64,000 bases of DNA from Bacteriovoracia bacterium (GCA_050251055.1 JBFWNL010000002.1:256001-320000), one strand, 5' to 3'. Counted from the stretch's first letter, positions 39,248-49,902 are shown. Notes: generated from the sequence alone by a model not told the origin. Translations and numbers: made by a program.

Positions 39248-40702
39248 CTAATCACTACGACTTTCCGCGTTATTCCAAAGATGGAAAGCCACCAATGCGA
39301 TGCCAGTGGCAGCAAATCCGATATAAAGTGCATCGACATTCGACCAAAAACCCACTCGCCCTACGTAGCGCCAAACAATCACGCTCCCCGCACCCAGCAA
39401 GCACGTGAACATGAACTGCCCGTCGCGTACTCGGCGGGGAAAAAAGAACCCGTACATGAGCGGAAAGAGCAAGCACGCGGACCAAAAGCTCCCCATCGTC
39501 TTCCATGCGTGTTTGATATTGCCGCTAAAGAACTGCGCCATGCCGATGGACAACACGGCGACGGAGATGATTCCCACCCGATGGGCGGACACCCTCCCCC
39601 GCCATCGCGCCGGCAGCAGATCATGCGCCACCGTGGTGCCCGCAATAAACAGAAAAGTGTCTACAGTCGACACGATCGTTGCGAGAATCCCGGCGACGAA
39701 AAATCCACGCGCGCCCGGGGGCAGGAGCTGCAAGGCGTAGATCAGGTAGGAGCCTTTGGCGTCGGCCTCCGGAATCGCGGCTCGCGCGTACATCCCTCCG
39801 AGCGTGGTGCAAATATCGAAGGCGCACCAGATAACGGTACACACGAGAATCCCCCGTCGTGCGGTTTTCTCCGATTCCGCCGCGAAGCAAAGCTGGTAAA
39901 AAGTCGGATCCACCAAAGTAGAAAGTGCGATAAAACCCCAGACCATTACCGAGGCGAGCGACTCCCCACCCATGGGCTCGAAATGCGTGGCTGGTAGGTG
40001 AGCCGCCAGATAGGACCAGCCGCCTAACCCCCACCAGGAGCACACCACCACCATCGCGACGGAAGCGCACATTACGAAGAACAAAACGACGTCCGAGTAA
40101 ACATCGCCCCGAAAGCCACTCGTAATGCAGTAGCTCACGACCAAGGTCATGCCTAAAACCGTGCTTCCCAAAAGCGAGAATCCGAACAATGCCTGCAGGA
40201 ACAAGCCCAAGCTCATCGCGTAGGCGATGGGGACCATGTTGAAAAAATTGAAGACCGCGCTGAGCTTCGCCGACCTCGGACCGAAGACCTGCGCCACGAT
40301 GTCCGGCAGCGTGACCGCCTCAAATCGCCTCACGCGTTTCACGAGCACTAGGGCGAAAAAAGCGTACGTCAGGTACCAAAAAAAACCCTGGGTGACGAAG
40401 TTATAAACCCCCTTTTCGAACGCGATCTGGGTCACGCCGAAGATCCCGCCATACCAGCTCGACATAAGGGAGGCCACGAAGAGCGGAAGGGTGAGTCGAC
40501 GCCCCATCAACAGGAAGTCGAGATAGGAAGCCTCCCCCTTCCCCTTCCCTCCGGCGGCCCGCTCGCTCGCCTCCAGCCGGACCTTACGCCGACTGGCATA
40601 AATTACCGCCCCATAGGCGGCGATCAGGACCAAGCCAAAAACCGCCCAATCGAGAATGGATAAAACTTCAGAATAGTGAATTTGCGGCTGAAAAACCAGC
40701 AT
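39248..40702 (-). CDS. Sodium:solute symporter family protein, probable thiamine/precursor transporter
   Basis: FLLMGRRLTLPLFVASLMSSWYGG, multiple TMs, GILATIVSTVD; TPP riboswitch directly upstream. Confidence 0.85.
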   Translation of the reverse strand: MLVFQPQIHYSEVLSILDWAVFGLVLIAAYGAVIYASRRKVRLEASERAAGGKGKGEASYLDFLLMGRRLTLPLFVASLMSSWYGGIFGVTQIAFEKGVYNFVTQGFFWYLTYAFFALVLVKRVRRFEAVTLPDIVAQVFGPRSAKLSAVFNFFNMVPIAYAMSLGLFLQALFGFSLLGSTVLGMTLVVSYCITSGFRGDVYSDVVLFFVMCASVAMVVVCSWWGLGGWSYLAAHLPATHFEPMGGESLASVMVWGFIALSTLVDPTFYQLCFAAESEKTARRGILVCTVIWCAFDICTTLGGMYARAAIPEADAKGSYLIYALQLLPPGARGFFVAGILATIVSTVDTFLFIAGTTVAHDLLPARWRGRVSAHRVGIISVAVLSIGMAQFFSGNIKHAWKTMGSFWSACLLFPLMYGFFFPRRVRDGQFMFTCLLGAGSVIVWRYVGRVGFWSNVDALYIGFAATGIALVAFHLWNNAESRSD

Positions 40703-40705
40703 CGG

Positions 40706-40794
40706 ACATCCTTTCGCCAGCATTACCTGGATCAAGTTCTTGGGTCGCCCGAGTCAATCGAGCCTCTCAGCCGCAAACGGCAGCTCCCCGTGTA
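40706..40794 (-). ncRNA. TPP riboswitch
   Basis: Minus strand GGGGAGC...GCTGAGA...ACCC.AGAACTTGATCCAGGTAATGCTGGCGAAAGGA matches the THI-box core. Confidence 0.9.
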
Positions 40795-40822
40795 GGGCCT
40801 GCCTAGCAGATCCGGACGAAGG

Positions 40823-40851
40823 TTGCCACCCTCCTTTAAACGGGATACAAA
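40823..40851 (+). promoter_or_regulatory. Putative sigma-70 promoter for nadA
   Basis: TTGCCA-17nt-TACAAA, 7 nt before GTG 40859. Confidence 0.45.
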
Positions 40852-40858
40852 TGCGGGA

Positions 40859-41806
40859 GTGAAAACCCAGGAAATTCCGCCAGATTTGGACTTATTCGCG
40901 GAGATCGCGCGGCTTAAAAAAGCCAAGAACGCGGTGGTCCTGGCGCACTATTATCAAGAAGGCGACATCCAAGACATCGCCGACTTCGTGGGCGATAGCC
41001 TGGAACTCGCGCGCGCCGCCCAGCGCAGCACCGCTCAGATCATCCTGTTCGGGGGCGTGCACTTCATGGCCGAAGGCGCGAAGATCCTGAACCCCACCCG
41101 CAAGGTGCTCATGCCTGATCTACGCGCCGGTTGCTCGCTCTCCGATAGCTGCCCTCCCGACGCGTTCGCGAAGTTCCGGGCGAAGTACCCGGATCATTTT
41201 GTCGTTTCCTACATCAACTGCTCGGCCGCGATCAAAGCCCAGAGCGATGTGATCTGCACGAGCTCCAACGCCGTCCGCATGATCGAGAATATCCCGAAAG
41301 ATCGCGGCATCATCTTCGCGCCCGACCGCAACCTGGGCGCCTGGGTAGCCAAACAGACTGGCCGCGAGATGGTGCTCTGGCAGGGCACCTGTATCGTGCA
41401 CGAGACATTCTCCGAACGGAAAATCATCGGACTGCAGGTGGAGCATCCCGACGCGGAGCTGATCGCGCATCCGGAGTGCGAGCCCTCCCTGCTCGCGCGC
41501 GCGAAATTCATCGGCAGCACTTCCGCCCTGCTCCGCTACGTCACCGACAGCAAGCATAAGAAGTTCATCGTGGCCACCGAAGTGGGCATTCTGCATCGAA
41601 TGCGACGGCAAGCGCCGGGAAAAATTCTCATCCCCGCGCCTCCCAACCAAAACTGCGCATGCAACGAATGCCCGTTCATGAAGCTCAACACGATCGAGAA
41701 AGTATACCTAGCGCTTCGGGACGAAACCCCCGAACTCTTGATGCCCGAAGACCTGCGCCAAAAAGCCCTACTCCCGATGGAGAGAATGCTCGAATGGTCG
41801 GCATGA
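40859..41806 (+). CDS. nadA: Quinolinate synthase A
   Basis: LAHYYQ, GDSL, GVHFMAE, AGCSL, YIN, CTSSNA, PDRNLG, CIVH, AHPEC, CPFMK. Confidence 0.95.
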   Translation: MKTQEIPPDLDLFAEIARLKKAKNAVVLAHYYQEGDIQDIADFVGDSLELARAAQRSTAQIILFGGVHFMAEGAKILNPTRKVLMPDLRAGCSLSDSCPPDAFAKFRAKYPDHFVVSYINCSAAIKAQSDVICTSSNAVRMIENIPKDRGIIFAPDRNLGAWVAKQTGREMVLWQGTCIVHETFSERKIIGLQVEHPDAELIAHPECEPSLLARAKFIGSTSALLRYVTDSKHKKFIVATEVGILHRMRRQAPGKILIPAPPNQNCACNECPFMKLNTIEKVYLALRDETPELLMPEDLRQKALLPMERMLEWSA

Positions 41807-42429
41807 CGCGCGCTCAACTCGACCCCAAGCAGCTCGGTGGCCCGGCCGTGTACAAAATCATGATCGGCGCGATCGTTCCCCGGCCCATCGCCTGGGTCAG
41901 CACGATCAGCGTCGAGGGCGTGACCAACGTCGCGCCTTTCTCCTTCTTTAATGGCGTGGCGTCGAACCCACCGTCACTGATGTTCTCCATCACGCGCAAA
42001 AGCGACGGCGGCAAGAAGGACAGCTTGCGCAACATCGAAGCCACGGGCGAGTTCGTTGTGAACATCGCGCACGAGGCAAGCGCGCGCCCGCTTCACGAAA
42101 CGTCCGCGGAGTATCCCTACGGGGTCAGCGAATTCACGCGCGTCGGACTCACCGCTCTACCCTCTCGGCAAGTACGCGCCCCTGGCGTGGCGGAAGCACC
42201 GATCCAACTCGAATGCCGCCTGCATCAAAAACTCGAAATCGGCGCCGGCGGCCCCGGATCCGCCACCATCATCGTAGGGGAAATCATCCACATCCAGGCC
42301 TCAACGGACGTTTATGCGAACGGCAAGATCGCGATCGAAAAGTTACGGCCCATCGCCCGACTCGCAGGTCGGAGCTACACCAAACTCGGCGAGGTATTCG
42401 AGCAACCCGCTCCGGAGATCAAGACATGA
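41803..42429 (+). CDS. Flavin reductase-like FMN-binding protein
   Basis: [40 protein letters not shown]; ATGA overlap with nadA. Confidence 0.9.
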   Translation: MTRAQLDPKQLGGPAVYKIMIGAIVPRPIAWVSTISVEGVTNVAPFSFFNGVASNPPSLMFSITRKSDGGKKDSLRNIEATGEFVVNIAHEASARPLHETSAEYPYGVSEFTRVGLTALPSRQVRAPGVAEAPIQLECRLHQKLEIGAGGPGSATIIVGEIIHIQASTDVYANGKIAIEKLRPIARLAGRSYTKLGEVFEQPAPEIKT

Positions 42430-43712
42430 AAACGGAACTCAAATATCAATCGGGATTCTGGAACCACTTCGAAACCGAAGCGAAGCCCGGCGCGCTCCCC
42501 GTGGGCCAGAACTCCCCCCAAGTGGCGGCCCATGGACTTTACGCTGAACAGTTATCCGGAGCCGCGTTCACGGCCCCCCGGCACGAGAACCTGCGCTCGT
42601 GGCTTTATCGCTTACAGCCCGCCGTCGTTCACGGGGCATTCACCCCCCTCGAAAATCGACGCTGGCTCTCGGCGGAGGGGGCGCTCGGCACGAATCCGAC
42701 TCAGCTGCGCTGGGATCCGCCGGGCGCGATCAAGCGTACGGCCGATTTCATTGACGGCATTGAAACCTTCGCCACCTGCGGCAGCCTCACCGGCCAGCTT
42801 GGCGCCGGCGTTCACTTCTATCAATGCAACCAGTCCATGACGGATCGCTATCTCTACTGCGCAGATGGCGAGCTCTTAATCGTTCCGCAAAAGGGCGAAC
42901 TACGCATTCACACGGAGCTCGGCTCCCTCGCGATAGCTCCGCGGGAAATCGCGCTCTTGCCTCGAGGGGTGCGCTTCCAGATCGAAGTCACCGGAGAATG
43001 CCTGGGATACATCTGCGAAAACTATGGCGCACCCTTTCGCCTTCCCCACCTGGGGCCCATCGGCGCGAACGGCTTAGCGAATCCGCGTGATTTTCAATCG
43101 CCCGTGGCCCGCTTCGAGAAGAAAAAAGGCGATTTCCAGCTGGTGGCGCGTTTCCAAGGGCGCTTGTGGCAGGCCCCCATTGACCACTCCCCGCTCGACG
43201 TGGTCGGCTGGCACGGCAACTACGCTCCTTGTAAATACAACCTCGATCACTTCAACACCGTCGGGACCGTGAGTTTCGATCACCCCGACCCGTCGATTTT
43301 CACCGTGCTGACATCGCCATCTGACACCCCCGGGACCGCGAACGTGGATTTCGTCATTTTTCCACCCCGCTGGATGGTGGCGGAGCACACCTTCCGGCCG
43401 CCCTACTTTCACCGCAACTGCATGAGCGAGTTCATGGGCCTAATTCAAGGAGAATACGACGCCAAGGGAGAGGGGTTCTTACCCGGAGGAGCCAGCCTGC
43501 ACAACCGCATGTCCGGGCACGGACCGGACGCGGCGAGCTTCGAAAAAGCGTCGCGACAGGAACTGAAGCCCCAGAAGTACGACCACACTTTGGCGTTCAT
43601 GTTTGAGAGCAGGTACGTGTTTCAGCCTACCGAAGTGGCTTTGAAGTCCGCCGCCCTCCAGAAAAACTACCTAGAGTGTTGGCAGGGACTCCAAGCGAAC
43701 GGCAAACTCTAA
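42426..43712 (+). CDS. hmgA: Homogentisate 1,2-dioxygenase
   Basis: [49 protein letters not shown]. Confidence 0.95.
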   Translation: MKTELKYQSGFWNHFETEAKPGALPVGQNSPQVAAHGLYAEQLSGAAFTAPRHENLRSWLYRLQPAVVHGAFTPLENRRWLSAEGALGTNPTQLRWDPPGAIKRTADFIDGIETFATCGSLTGQLGAGVHFYQCNQSMTDRYLYCADGELLIVPQKGELRIHTELGSLAIAPREIALLPRGVRFQIEVTGECLGYICENYGAPFRLPHLGPIGANGLANPRDFQSPVARFEKKKGDFQLVARFQGRLWQAPIDHSPLDVVGWHGNYAPCKYNLDHFNTVGTVSFDHPDPSIFTVLTSPSDTPGTANVDFVIFPPRWMVAEHTFRPPYFHRNCMSEFMGLIQGEYDAKGEGFLPGGASLHNRMSGHGPDAASFEKASRQELKPQKYDHTLAFMFESRYVFQPTEVALKSAALQKNYLECWQGLQANGKL

Positions 43713-45386
43713 CTACTTGGAGTAGACCTCGGCGGCCTTGAGGGTCTCAAGCATGGCGTCTTCGGTAGCCGCCGACTTCTCGTCGCTCCGGATCACCGAA
43801 ATACTACCCTCGCGCAGGCCTTGGCTCACCTGCTGTTCCGTCTGCCAGTATTGGCCTTCCGGAGCCAGGCCGTTCACGAAGTTCACCAGGCGTTGCTCCG
43901 TCAGTTGAGCTTCCGTGTAATGTTTGACCGAAGCCACGTCGAGCAAATAGCCAGCGGTTGCTTTGTAAAAATAAGTAAACGCCGATGCGGCCGAGTCAAC
44001 GGCCGGCGCACCAATCGCGAAGACCGCCCGATTCTGCTCATTAGCGACGGTGCCAATCTCGGCTATAGCCCAGCCCATGCTATTTCCATTCCCGCCATTG
44101 GCGATGCTAAACGCAAAACTCCAGCTCGCGGGGTTATTGTTGCCGACGTTATAGACCCGTACTTGACCGGGAGCCTGGGCGTTCGCCGGGACCCCGACAA
44201 AAAGATGATACTGGTTGGGATTCCCCAGCACGTTTCGAATCACCCGCACCACCCAACCAAACCGCTTAATACTGGCCCCTGGCATGGTAAGAGTAGTCAC
44301 TAGCGCACGAGTCTGCGCGTTGTAGATATAAACGGCGCCAGGTAACTCTGAACAAGCCCCCACCCCACAAGCCGGGGCACCCACCACCAAATACCCTGGG
44401 GAGCCTGGCACATAGGCCATCGAATGGCCGAAACGGCTTCCACTGACTTGGCCTTCCAAAGTCGCCACCGGAGTCACCGAAGAACCACTCTCCGGAGAGC
44501 CACTCGGCGCCGGCGTCGGACGGAGGTGACTACCGTCGTAAATGTGCACGCGGCCGGCATCGACGGCTAAACTACTATCTTCTTGTTCCGCGCCGATCAG
44601 CACTTCTCCAATGCCGTCCGAGCCAACAAAGTCCCCGGCCTGAACGATAGCCCGGCCAAACCCGTCGAAGAGATTTCCCTGAGAGACTTCCACGACTTCA
44701 CCGGTCGGATGGTAGGCCACGACCGAATTGCCGGATTCAGTTCCCACCAATAAGCTCTTCCCTTCCGAATAACCAAAATCACCCGCCATAAGCGAATAAC
44801 CGAAACCGAAGTCCCCACTCAAACTAGTAAGCGGGTAAAAATTCTTCGTGTCGTAAAAGGAAACTAAGCCAGCGCCTCCCGGCTCGCCGATCGCAAGGGT
44901 CTGAATTCCAAAGCCGAAATCCCCGGTCGCTAGCGAAGAGCCGAAGCGCCCTCCCGGATTCCCCCCCACGATAGGGTTGTTGCTAGATGGCACGAGATTA
45001 CGTGAGGAATCATAGATTCGCACAACGCCGGCACCCCCAAGATCATAGGGTGCGCTGATGGCGAAACCAGACTGGCCCCCCATCATGAAATCGAGTCCAC
45101 CGCAGATTTGTAAGCCTAACGCGCTTCCGGCAGGAGCGCTCACGCTACCCAGCAGCGTGCCTCGCGTCCCTTTGACCAAGTAGGCCCGGCTCGTCGGAAG
45201 GTAGTTCAAATTAATCGACACCTGTGCTTGCAGAGTCGTCGCCACCACTTGCTGAGTGCCTAAGCTAGAGTTCTTTCCTTCGGACGTTGAAAACGCCTCC
45301 GCCGCCATCGCCTGGGGCACGAAGCAAACCAAAACCATCGCCGCGCTCGCGAGCGCGCGCTTAGATACAACCGATAAATTCACCAT
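43713..45386 (-). CDS. Secreted FG-GAP (integrin-alpha-like beta-propeller) repeat protein
   Basis: Signal peptide AMA|A; repeated FG...GAP/GEP/GAE...G.V.IY units. Confidence 0.8.
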   Translation of the reverse strand: MVNLSVVSKRALASAAMVLVCFVPQAMAAEAFSTSEGKNSSLGTQQVVATTLQAQVSINLNYLPTSRAYLVKGTRGTLLGSVSAPAGSALGLQICGGLDFMMGGQSGFAISAPYDLGGAGVVRIYDSSRNLVPSSNNPIVGGNPGGRFGSSLATGDFGFGIQTLAIGEPGGAGLVSFYDTKNFYPLTSLSGDFGFGYSLMAGDFGYSEGKSLLVGTESGNSVVAYHPTGEVVEVSQGNLFDGFGRAIVQAGDFVGSDGIGEVLIGAEQEDSSLAVDAGRVHIYDGSHLRPTPAPSGSPESGSSVTPVATLEGQVSGSRFGHSMAYVPGSPGYLVVGAPACGVGACSELPGAVYIYNAQTRALVTTLTMPGASIKRFGWVVRVIRNVLGNPNQYHLFVGVPANAQAPGQVRVYNVGNNNPASWSFAFSIANGGNGNSMGWAIAEIGTVANEQNRAVFAIGAPAVDSAASAFTYFYKATAGYLLDVASVKHYTEAQLTEQRLVNFVNGLAPEGQYWQTEQQVSQGLREGSISVIRSDEKSAATEDAMLETLKAAEVYSK

Positions 45387-45459
45387 ATGACTCCATCTGT
45401 GGGGAATGGATTCACTGGGCGCCTATTTCTAGACCCCTTCCCTGCTTCTCCAATTATAG

Positions 45460-45475
45460 AGCAACTATCGGGCCA
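45460..45475 (-). promoter_or_regulatory. Sigma-54 promoter for FG-GAP gene
   Basis: Minus strand TGGCCCGATAGTTGCT (GG-N10-GC), AT-rich tract upstream. Confidence 0.7.
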
Positions 45476-45667
45476 ATGGTTAAATAAATTTTACTTTGTT
45501 AAATATACAATACAAACAGCGAGTTAAGACCCTGCCACCTCCACTAACCCCTTGAAGTGACAGGAATTGTCCGTCTAAATATTCTACGCTGTCGAATGAC
45601 GTGACGCGAAAACCAGAAAGAAAGCAAGGCCCTATAATTCGGGCTCCTTCAAGAAAGACTAAGAAAA

Positions 45668-47176
45668 CTAGCGGTATTTCCAGGTCGTACCCTGCGGGCT
45701 ATCCTTTATATCGATTCCCTGGGCCGCCAGCTCATCCCGAATCGCATCGGAGCGGGCAAAGTCCTTCGCCTTCCGCGCCACCAGGCGCTCAGCGAGGAGT
45801 CTCTCGATTTCTTCGGTCGCAAGCCGCGCGGACGCGTCCACCCCACTCCGCTGGGCACGAATCCGGTCCAGATCGCCCAAGACCTTACCTGGCTCACCCC
45901 GCCCCACTCCCAAAATAGCGCCCAGATCCTTCTCCAGCACTTCGATGAATTGTCCCGCCCCCAACACGCAGCTTGGGGTCGCGGCAGCTAACGGCTCCGC
46001 CAAAGTCTTATTGAACTCTCGAATGAGGTTGAACACCGAGGCAATCGCGGCGGGCGTATTGAAGTCATTCGCCATGTGCTCGTCGATCTCGCGGCGAACC
46101 TTCTCGCACTCGGCCACGAACGATCCCCAAAGGGCCTCCGCGCGCTGATCGGGCATCTTCGCTTTCTTGCCCATCAACTCCTGCGCCTTCGCTTTCGCCT
46201 CGTAGATTCGCGTGAGCGCGCTCATCGTATTGTCGATGGCGTCCTCGCCGAAATCGAGCTCCGAGCGGTAGTGGACCGAAAGCAGCATGTAGCGCGCAAA
46301 CTCACCCGAAAACTGCGTCAGAAAGTCGCGCGCCAGGAACACGTTACCGATGCTCTTGGACATCTTTTCTTTGGAAAGGGTTAAATGGGCGCTGTGAAGC
46401 CAGTACCGGCAGAAAGGATCCTTGCCCGAAGCCGCTTCGCTCTGCGCGATTTCATTTTCATGATGCGGGAAGATCAGATCGATGCCGCCATGATGTACGT
46501 CAATCTGATCGCCTAGCCATTTGCTTGCCATGGCCGAGCATTCGATGTGCCAACCCGGCCGCCCTTTTCCCCACGGGCTATCCCAGCTCGGCTCGCCCGG
46601 CTTCGCGGGTTTCCACAAAGTGAAGTCCATCGGATTGCGCTTCTTCGCGCTGACCTCCACGCGCGCGCCGGCGATGAGGTCATCGAGATTCTTGTGCGAA
46701 AGCTTGCCGTAGGTGGGAAATTTTTCGATCGCGAAAAGCACCTCACCCTCCACGACGTAGCCCGCGCCGTTGGCGATGATTTTCTCGATCGTGGAAATCA
46801 TCTCCGGGATATGCTCGGTGGCCTTCGTTTTATGATCCGGCTCGATTAGACCGGCAACTGCGTAGTCCTTCTCCACCTCGGTCGTGAACTGCTTGGCAAT
46901 GACGTCGGAGGTCACGCCCTGATCGTTCGCCTTATTGATGATCTTGTCATCGACGTCCGTGTAATTCCGCACGTAAGTCAGCTCGTAACCGGCGTAGCGA
47001 AAGTAGCGCGCGAACATATCGGCCACGAGCGCCGCGCGCAGGTTGCCGATGTGAATGAGACCATAGACGGTTGGACCGCACGAATACATCGTGAGCTTGC
47101 CCGGGGTGCGGGGCTGCAGAGTTTCTTTCTTTCGGGTGCTGGTATTGGTGACGCGGATTTCGCGCGGCGTTTTCAT
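45668..47176 (-). CDS. cysS: Cysteine--tRNA ligase
   Basis: CGPTVY..HIGN, GRPGWHIECSAM, FPHHENE, KMSKS. Confidence 0.97.
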   Translation of the reverse strand: MKTPREIRVTNTSTRKKETLQPRTPGKLTMYSCGPTVYGLIHIGNLRAALVADMFARYFRYAGYELTYVRNYTDVDDKIINKANDQGVTSDVIAKQFTTEVEKDYAVAGLIEPDHKTKATEHIPEMISTIEKIIANGAGYVVEGEVLFAIEKFPTYGKLSHKNLDDLIAGARVEVSAKKRNPMDFTLWKPAKPGEPSWDSPWGKGRPGWHIECSAMASKWLGDQIDVHHGGIDLIFPHHENEIAQSEAASGKDPFCRYWLHSAHLTLSKEKMSKSIGNVFLARDFLTQFSGEFARYMLLSVHYRSELDFGEDAIDNTMSALTRIYEAKAKAQELMGKKAKMPDQRAEALWGSFVAECEKVRREIDEHMANDFNTPAAIASVFNLIREFNKTLAEPLAAATPSCVLGAGQFIEVLEKDLGAILGVGRGEPGKVLGDLDRIRAQRSGVDASARLATEEIERLLAERLVARKAKDFARSDAIRDELAAQGIDIKDSPQGTTWKYR

Positions 47177-47249
47177 GACGGCTAGTTTCGCAGAGCCCAC
47201 TTCAAGATGCTACGCCAAAAAAGCGTCCGAACGCCTCTAAGGCAAGGCC

Positions 47250-47732
47250 TCACGACGCGAAGATCGTTTGAATCTCCTGCTCGATCGTCTCTTCCTTAGC
47301 TTGCTTGGCCAGGGAGATTTCCTTGACCAGCAGATGCTTAGCTTGATCGAGCATCTTGCGCTCACCGAACGAGAGGTCCTTGTTGTGGCGCAGGAGGAAT
47401 AAATTACGAAGCACTTCGGCGATTTCGTACACGGAGCCCGTCTTGATCTTCTCCATGTACTCGCGGTAGCGGCGGTTCCAAGTCGTATTGTCGATCTTGA
47501 CGTCGCGCTCCTTCAGAATCTTGTAAACTTTGCGAACTTCTTTATCGGTGATGATCTCGCGCAACCCCACCGACTGCGCATTATCCGTGGGGACCATAAT
47601 GGTCATAGAGTTCTCTACTACCTGGAGAACATAGAACTTTTTTTTCTTGCCACCCACGCTCTTTTCTTCTATGCGCTTGATGATAGCCACTCCATGGGCT
47701 GGATAAACGGCGTTGTCTCCCACTTTGAACAT
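47250..47732 (-). CDS. carD: CarD/CdnL family RNA polymerase-binding transcription factor
   Basis: FKVGDNAVYPAHGV, WNRRYREYMEKIKTGS, LSFGERKML; GGAGG SD. Confidence 0.93.
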   Translation of the reverse strand: MFKVGDNAVYPAHGVAIIKRIEEKSVGGKKKKFYVLQVVENSMTIMVPTDNAQSVGLREIITDKEVRKVYKILKERDVKIDNTTWNRRYREYMEKIKTGSVYEIAEVLRNLFLLRHNKDLSFGERKMLDQAKHLLVKEISLAKQAKEETIEQEIQTIFAS

Positions 47733-47838
47733 CGATGTGGACCTCCAATGACGTGTTCGCTGAGTCAAAACCGCCGGGCCCCGAACGCGGGGCAGAATCA
47801 ATAGAACTCACAGAAAAGACGAATTTCGACCGGCGGTC

Positions 47839-47867
47839 AAACTAACATAATGGCGCATCTGTGTCAA
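47839..47867 (-). promoter_or_regulatory. Sigma-70 promoter for carD
   Basis: TTGACA-17nt-TAGTTT with TG extension; about 100-nt leader. Confidence 0.7.
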
Positions 47868-47947
47868 CAATGACGCGGCATTATTGGGTTTTTGGATTTA
47901 TTGTGTTTTCTTTAAAAAACAAGAACTTAACTAGCAGTCGCCAGGCC

Positions 47948-49687
47948 CTAGCCCTTTAGGGAATCAAATGGATAACCACCCGCGTCAAACATTTGGGCGG
48001 CGATCAACTTACAGTAATCATCCTCGTTGCGGTCCATCGTGTGGAAGTTGTCCAGGATGCGGCGATTCGCCCGCATAAAGAAAGCCTCCGCAATCGAAAG
48101 CTCAAGCTCGCATTTCTCCGGTCCGCCCCTCTCCGCAATCATCGCCGTCACGCGCGATACCACGCACGTCATCGCGTAAAGATCGATGGCCACGTCGGCG
48201 ATGCGTTTCTGCGCGAATTGCCGCAAGTGCACCTGCTTGCCGTGTCGGCGAAGGACAACCTCCACCTGCGCGGCGAACTCCACTGCGTGCTCTTCGATCA
48301 TGGCCGCGATGCGCTTCATCGCCGGATGCGGCTTGACCATGGTCTGCCCGAAGAGGTTTTGCTTGATCTTGCGCATGGCGAAGTCGCTCACCTGTCCCAG
48401 CCCTTTGAGGGGATACTTAATCGCTTCGGCCAGGCCCGCCAGCTCGCCACCCGGGCCCTGCATGCCGGAAAGCGCGATAAACGCGCGCAAAATCTCGTTG
48501 GTCCCCTCGAAAATGCGATTAATACGGGCGTCGCGCATCCAACGCTCGAAGGGATACTCTTTCATGTAGCCGTTACCGCCCCAGATCTGGATATTTTCGT
48601 CGACCGCTTCCCAACAAATCTCGGTGGCGAAAACCTTCGCGATCGCGCTTTCGAGCGAGTAATCGACGTTGCCCCGGTCGATCAAGGAAGTCGTCATGTA
48701 AACCACGCTCTCGGCGGCGAAGATATTCATCGCCATGGTCGCGATTTTTTCTTGGATCAAGCCGAACTCATTCAGTTTCTTTTGGAACTGAACGCGTTCG
48801 TTCGCATGCTCGACCGAAGCCTTCAGGCAGAGCTTGGCCAAGCCCACGCTACCGGCCGCGAGTCCCAGGCGACCGTGGTTGAGCACCCCCATGGCGACCT
48901 TGAAGCCGTACCCTAAACCGCCCACGATGTTCTCCGCCGGCACCTTGACGCCGTCGAAGTGAATCGCGTTTGTCCAGGAAGCGCGGATGCCCAGCTTGTG
49001 CTCGGCCGGACCCACGGTCACGCCGGCCGTGGGCGTTTCCAAGATAAAACAAGTGACCTTATCTTTCTTTTGGCCGTCCTGCTCGACTTCGGTTTTCGCG
49101 AAGACCGTCATGAAATTGGCGATTCCGCCGTTAGTGATCCAAAGTTTATTGCCGGTGATCGTGTAGTACTTTCCGTCAGCGGAAGGCACCGCGCGGGTCT
49201 TGATTGAAGCCGCATCCGAGCCACTGCCCGGCTCGGTTAGGCAGTAGCAAGCCACGAGCTCGCCGCTGGCGAGGCGGGGGAGAAACCGTTTCTTCTGCTC
49301 GTCGTTGCCAAAAAGCAAAAGAGCTTTGTAGCCAATGCTTTGGTGCGCGCCCATGGTTACCGCAACGGAACCATCGATACCCGCCATCTCCTGCATCACG
49401 CGCGCATAGGCACTTTGCGGCAAGCCCAAGCCACCCATCGCTTCCGGCACCGCCAGCCCCATCAGTCCGAGTTCGGCCAAGTGGCTGAGCATCTCCCGCG
49501 GCATCTCGCCTTTTTCATCCCACTCGCGGGAGCGGACTCTTTCGGCCGCGAACTTGTTGACGGAGTCCAGAATCATGCTGACCGTTTCGCTCGTCTCGGT
49601 GGCAACGCGCGGATAGGGAAACACCAAATCCTCGCGGATTTGGCCGAAAAACATCGATTTCATGAAACTGTTCTCTGCCGAACTCAT
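47948..49687 (-). CDS. Acyl-CoA dehydrogenase (ACAD9/VLCAD-like)
   Basis: GAHQSIG, CLTEPGSGSDA, KLWITNGG, KLGIRAS, WGGNGYM, RIFEGTNEILR; C-terminal extension. Confidence 0.93.
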   Translation of the reverse strand: MSSAENSFMKSMFFGQIREDLVFPYPRVATETSETVSMILDSVNKFAAERVRSREWDEKGEMPREMLSHLAELGLMGLAVPEAMGGLGLPQSAYARVMQEMAGIDGSVAVTMGAHQSIGYKALLLFGNDEQKKRFLPRLASGELVACYCLTEPGSGSDAASIKTRAVPSADGKYYTITGNKLWITNGGIANFMTVFAKTEVEQDGQKKDKVTCFILETPTAGVTVGPAEHKLGIRASWTNAIHFDGVKVPAENIVGGLGYGFKVAMGVLNHGRLGLAAGSVGLAKLCLKASVEHANERVQFQKKLNEFGLIQEKIATMAMNIFAAESVVYMTTSLIDRGNVDYSLESAIAKVFATEICWEAVDENIQIWGGNGYMKEYPFERWMRDARINRIFEGTNEILRAFIALSGMQGPGGELAGLAEAIKYPLKGLGQVSDFAMRKIKQNLFGQTMVKPHPAMKRIAAMIEEHAVEFAAQVEVVLRRHGKQVHLRQFAQKRIADVAIDLYAMTCVVSRVTAMIAERGGPEKCELELSIAEAFFMRANRRILDNFHTMDRNEDDYCKLIAAQMFDAGGYPFDSLKG

Positions 49688-49721
49688 GACGGTGACCTCC
49701 TCGCCACAGCGTACCGGTCTT

Positions 49722-49774
49722 TGACATTTTGTCGATGAAAAAGGCGGCATTTCAGCGGCTCCGACAATTTGTCA
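49722..49774. promoter_or_regulatory. Two palindromic enhancer-like boxes (GACA-N3-TGTC)
   Basis: TGACATTTTGTCG (49722-49734) and CGACAATTTGTCA (49762-49774), exactly 40 bp apart. Confidence 0.6.
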
Positions 49775-49837
49775 GTTCCCGACCGAAACGAACGTCGGCG
49801 GAACGCCGGAGACGAGGGTTCACCCGGGCGCGCGGCC

Positions 49838-49853
49838 TGGCACCGGTCTTGCG
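49838..49853 (+). promoter_or_regulatory. Sigma-54 promoter for gsp operon
   Basis: TGGCACCGGTCTTGCG = TGGCAC-N5-TTGC consensus, about 50 nt before gspC ATG. Confidence 0.8.
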
Positions 49854-49902
49854 ATGTAACGCCTAAGTCTAGACTCAGCGTTAGGAAATTCGCGAAAGAA
49901 AA

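Noticed and set aside
47733-47832. Structured RNA in the carD leader
   Set aside because: Only a short GCCCCG/CGGGGC hairpin is visible, and it matches no RNA family I recognise.
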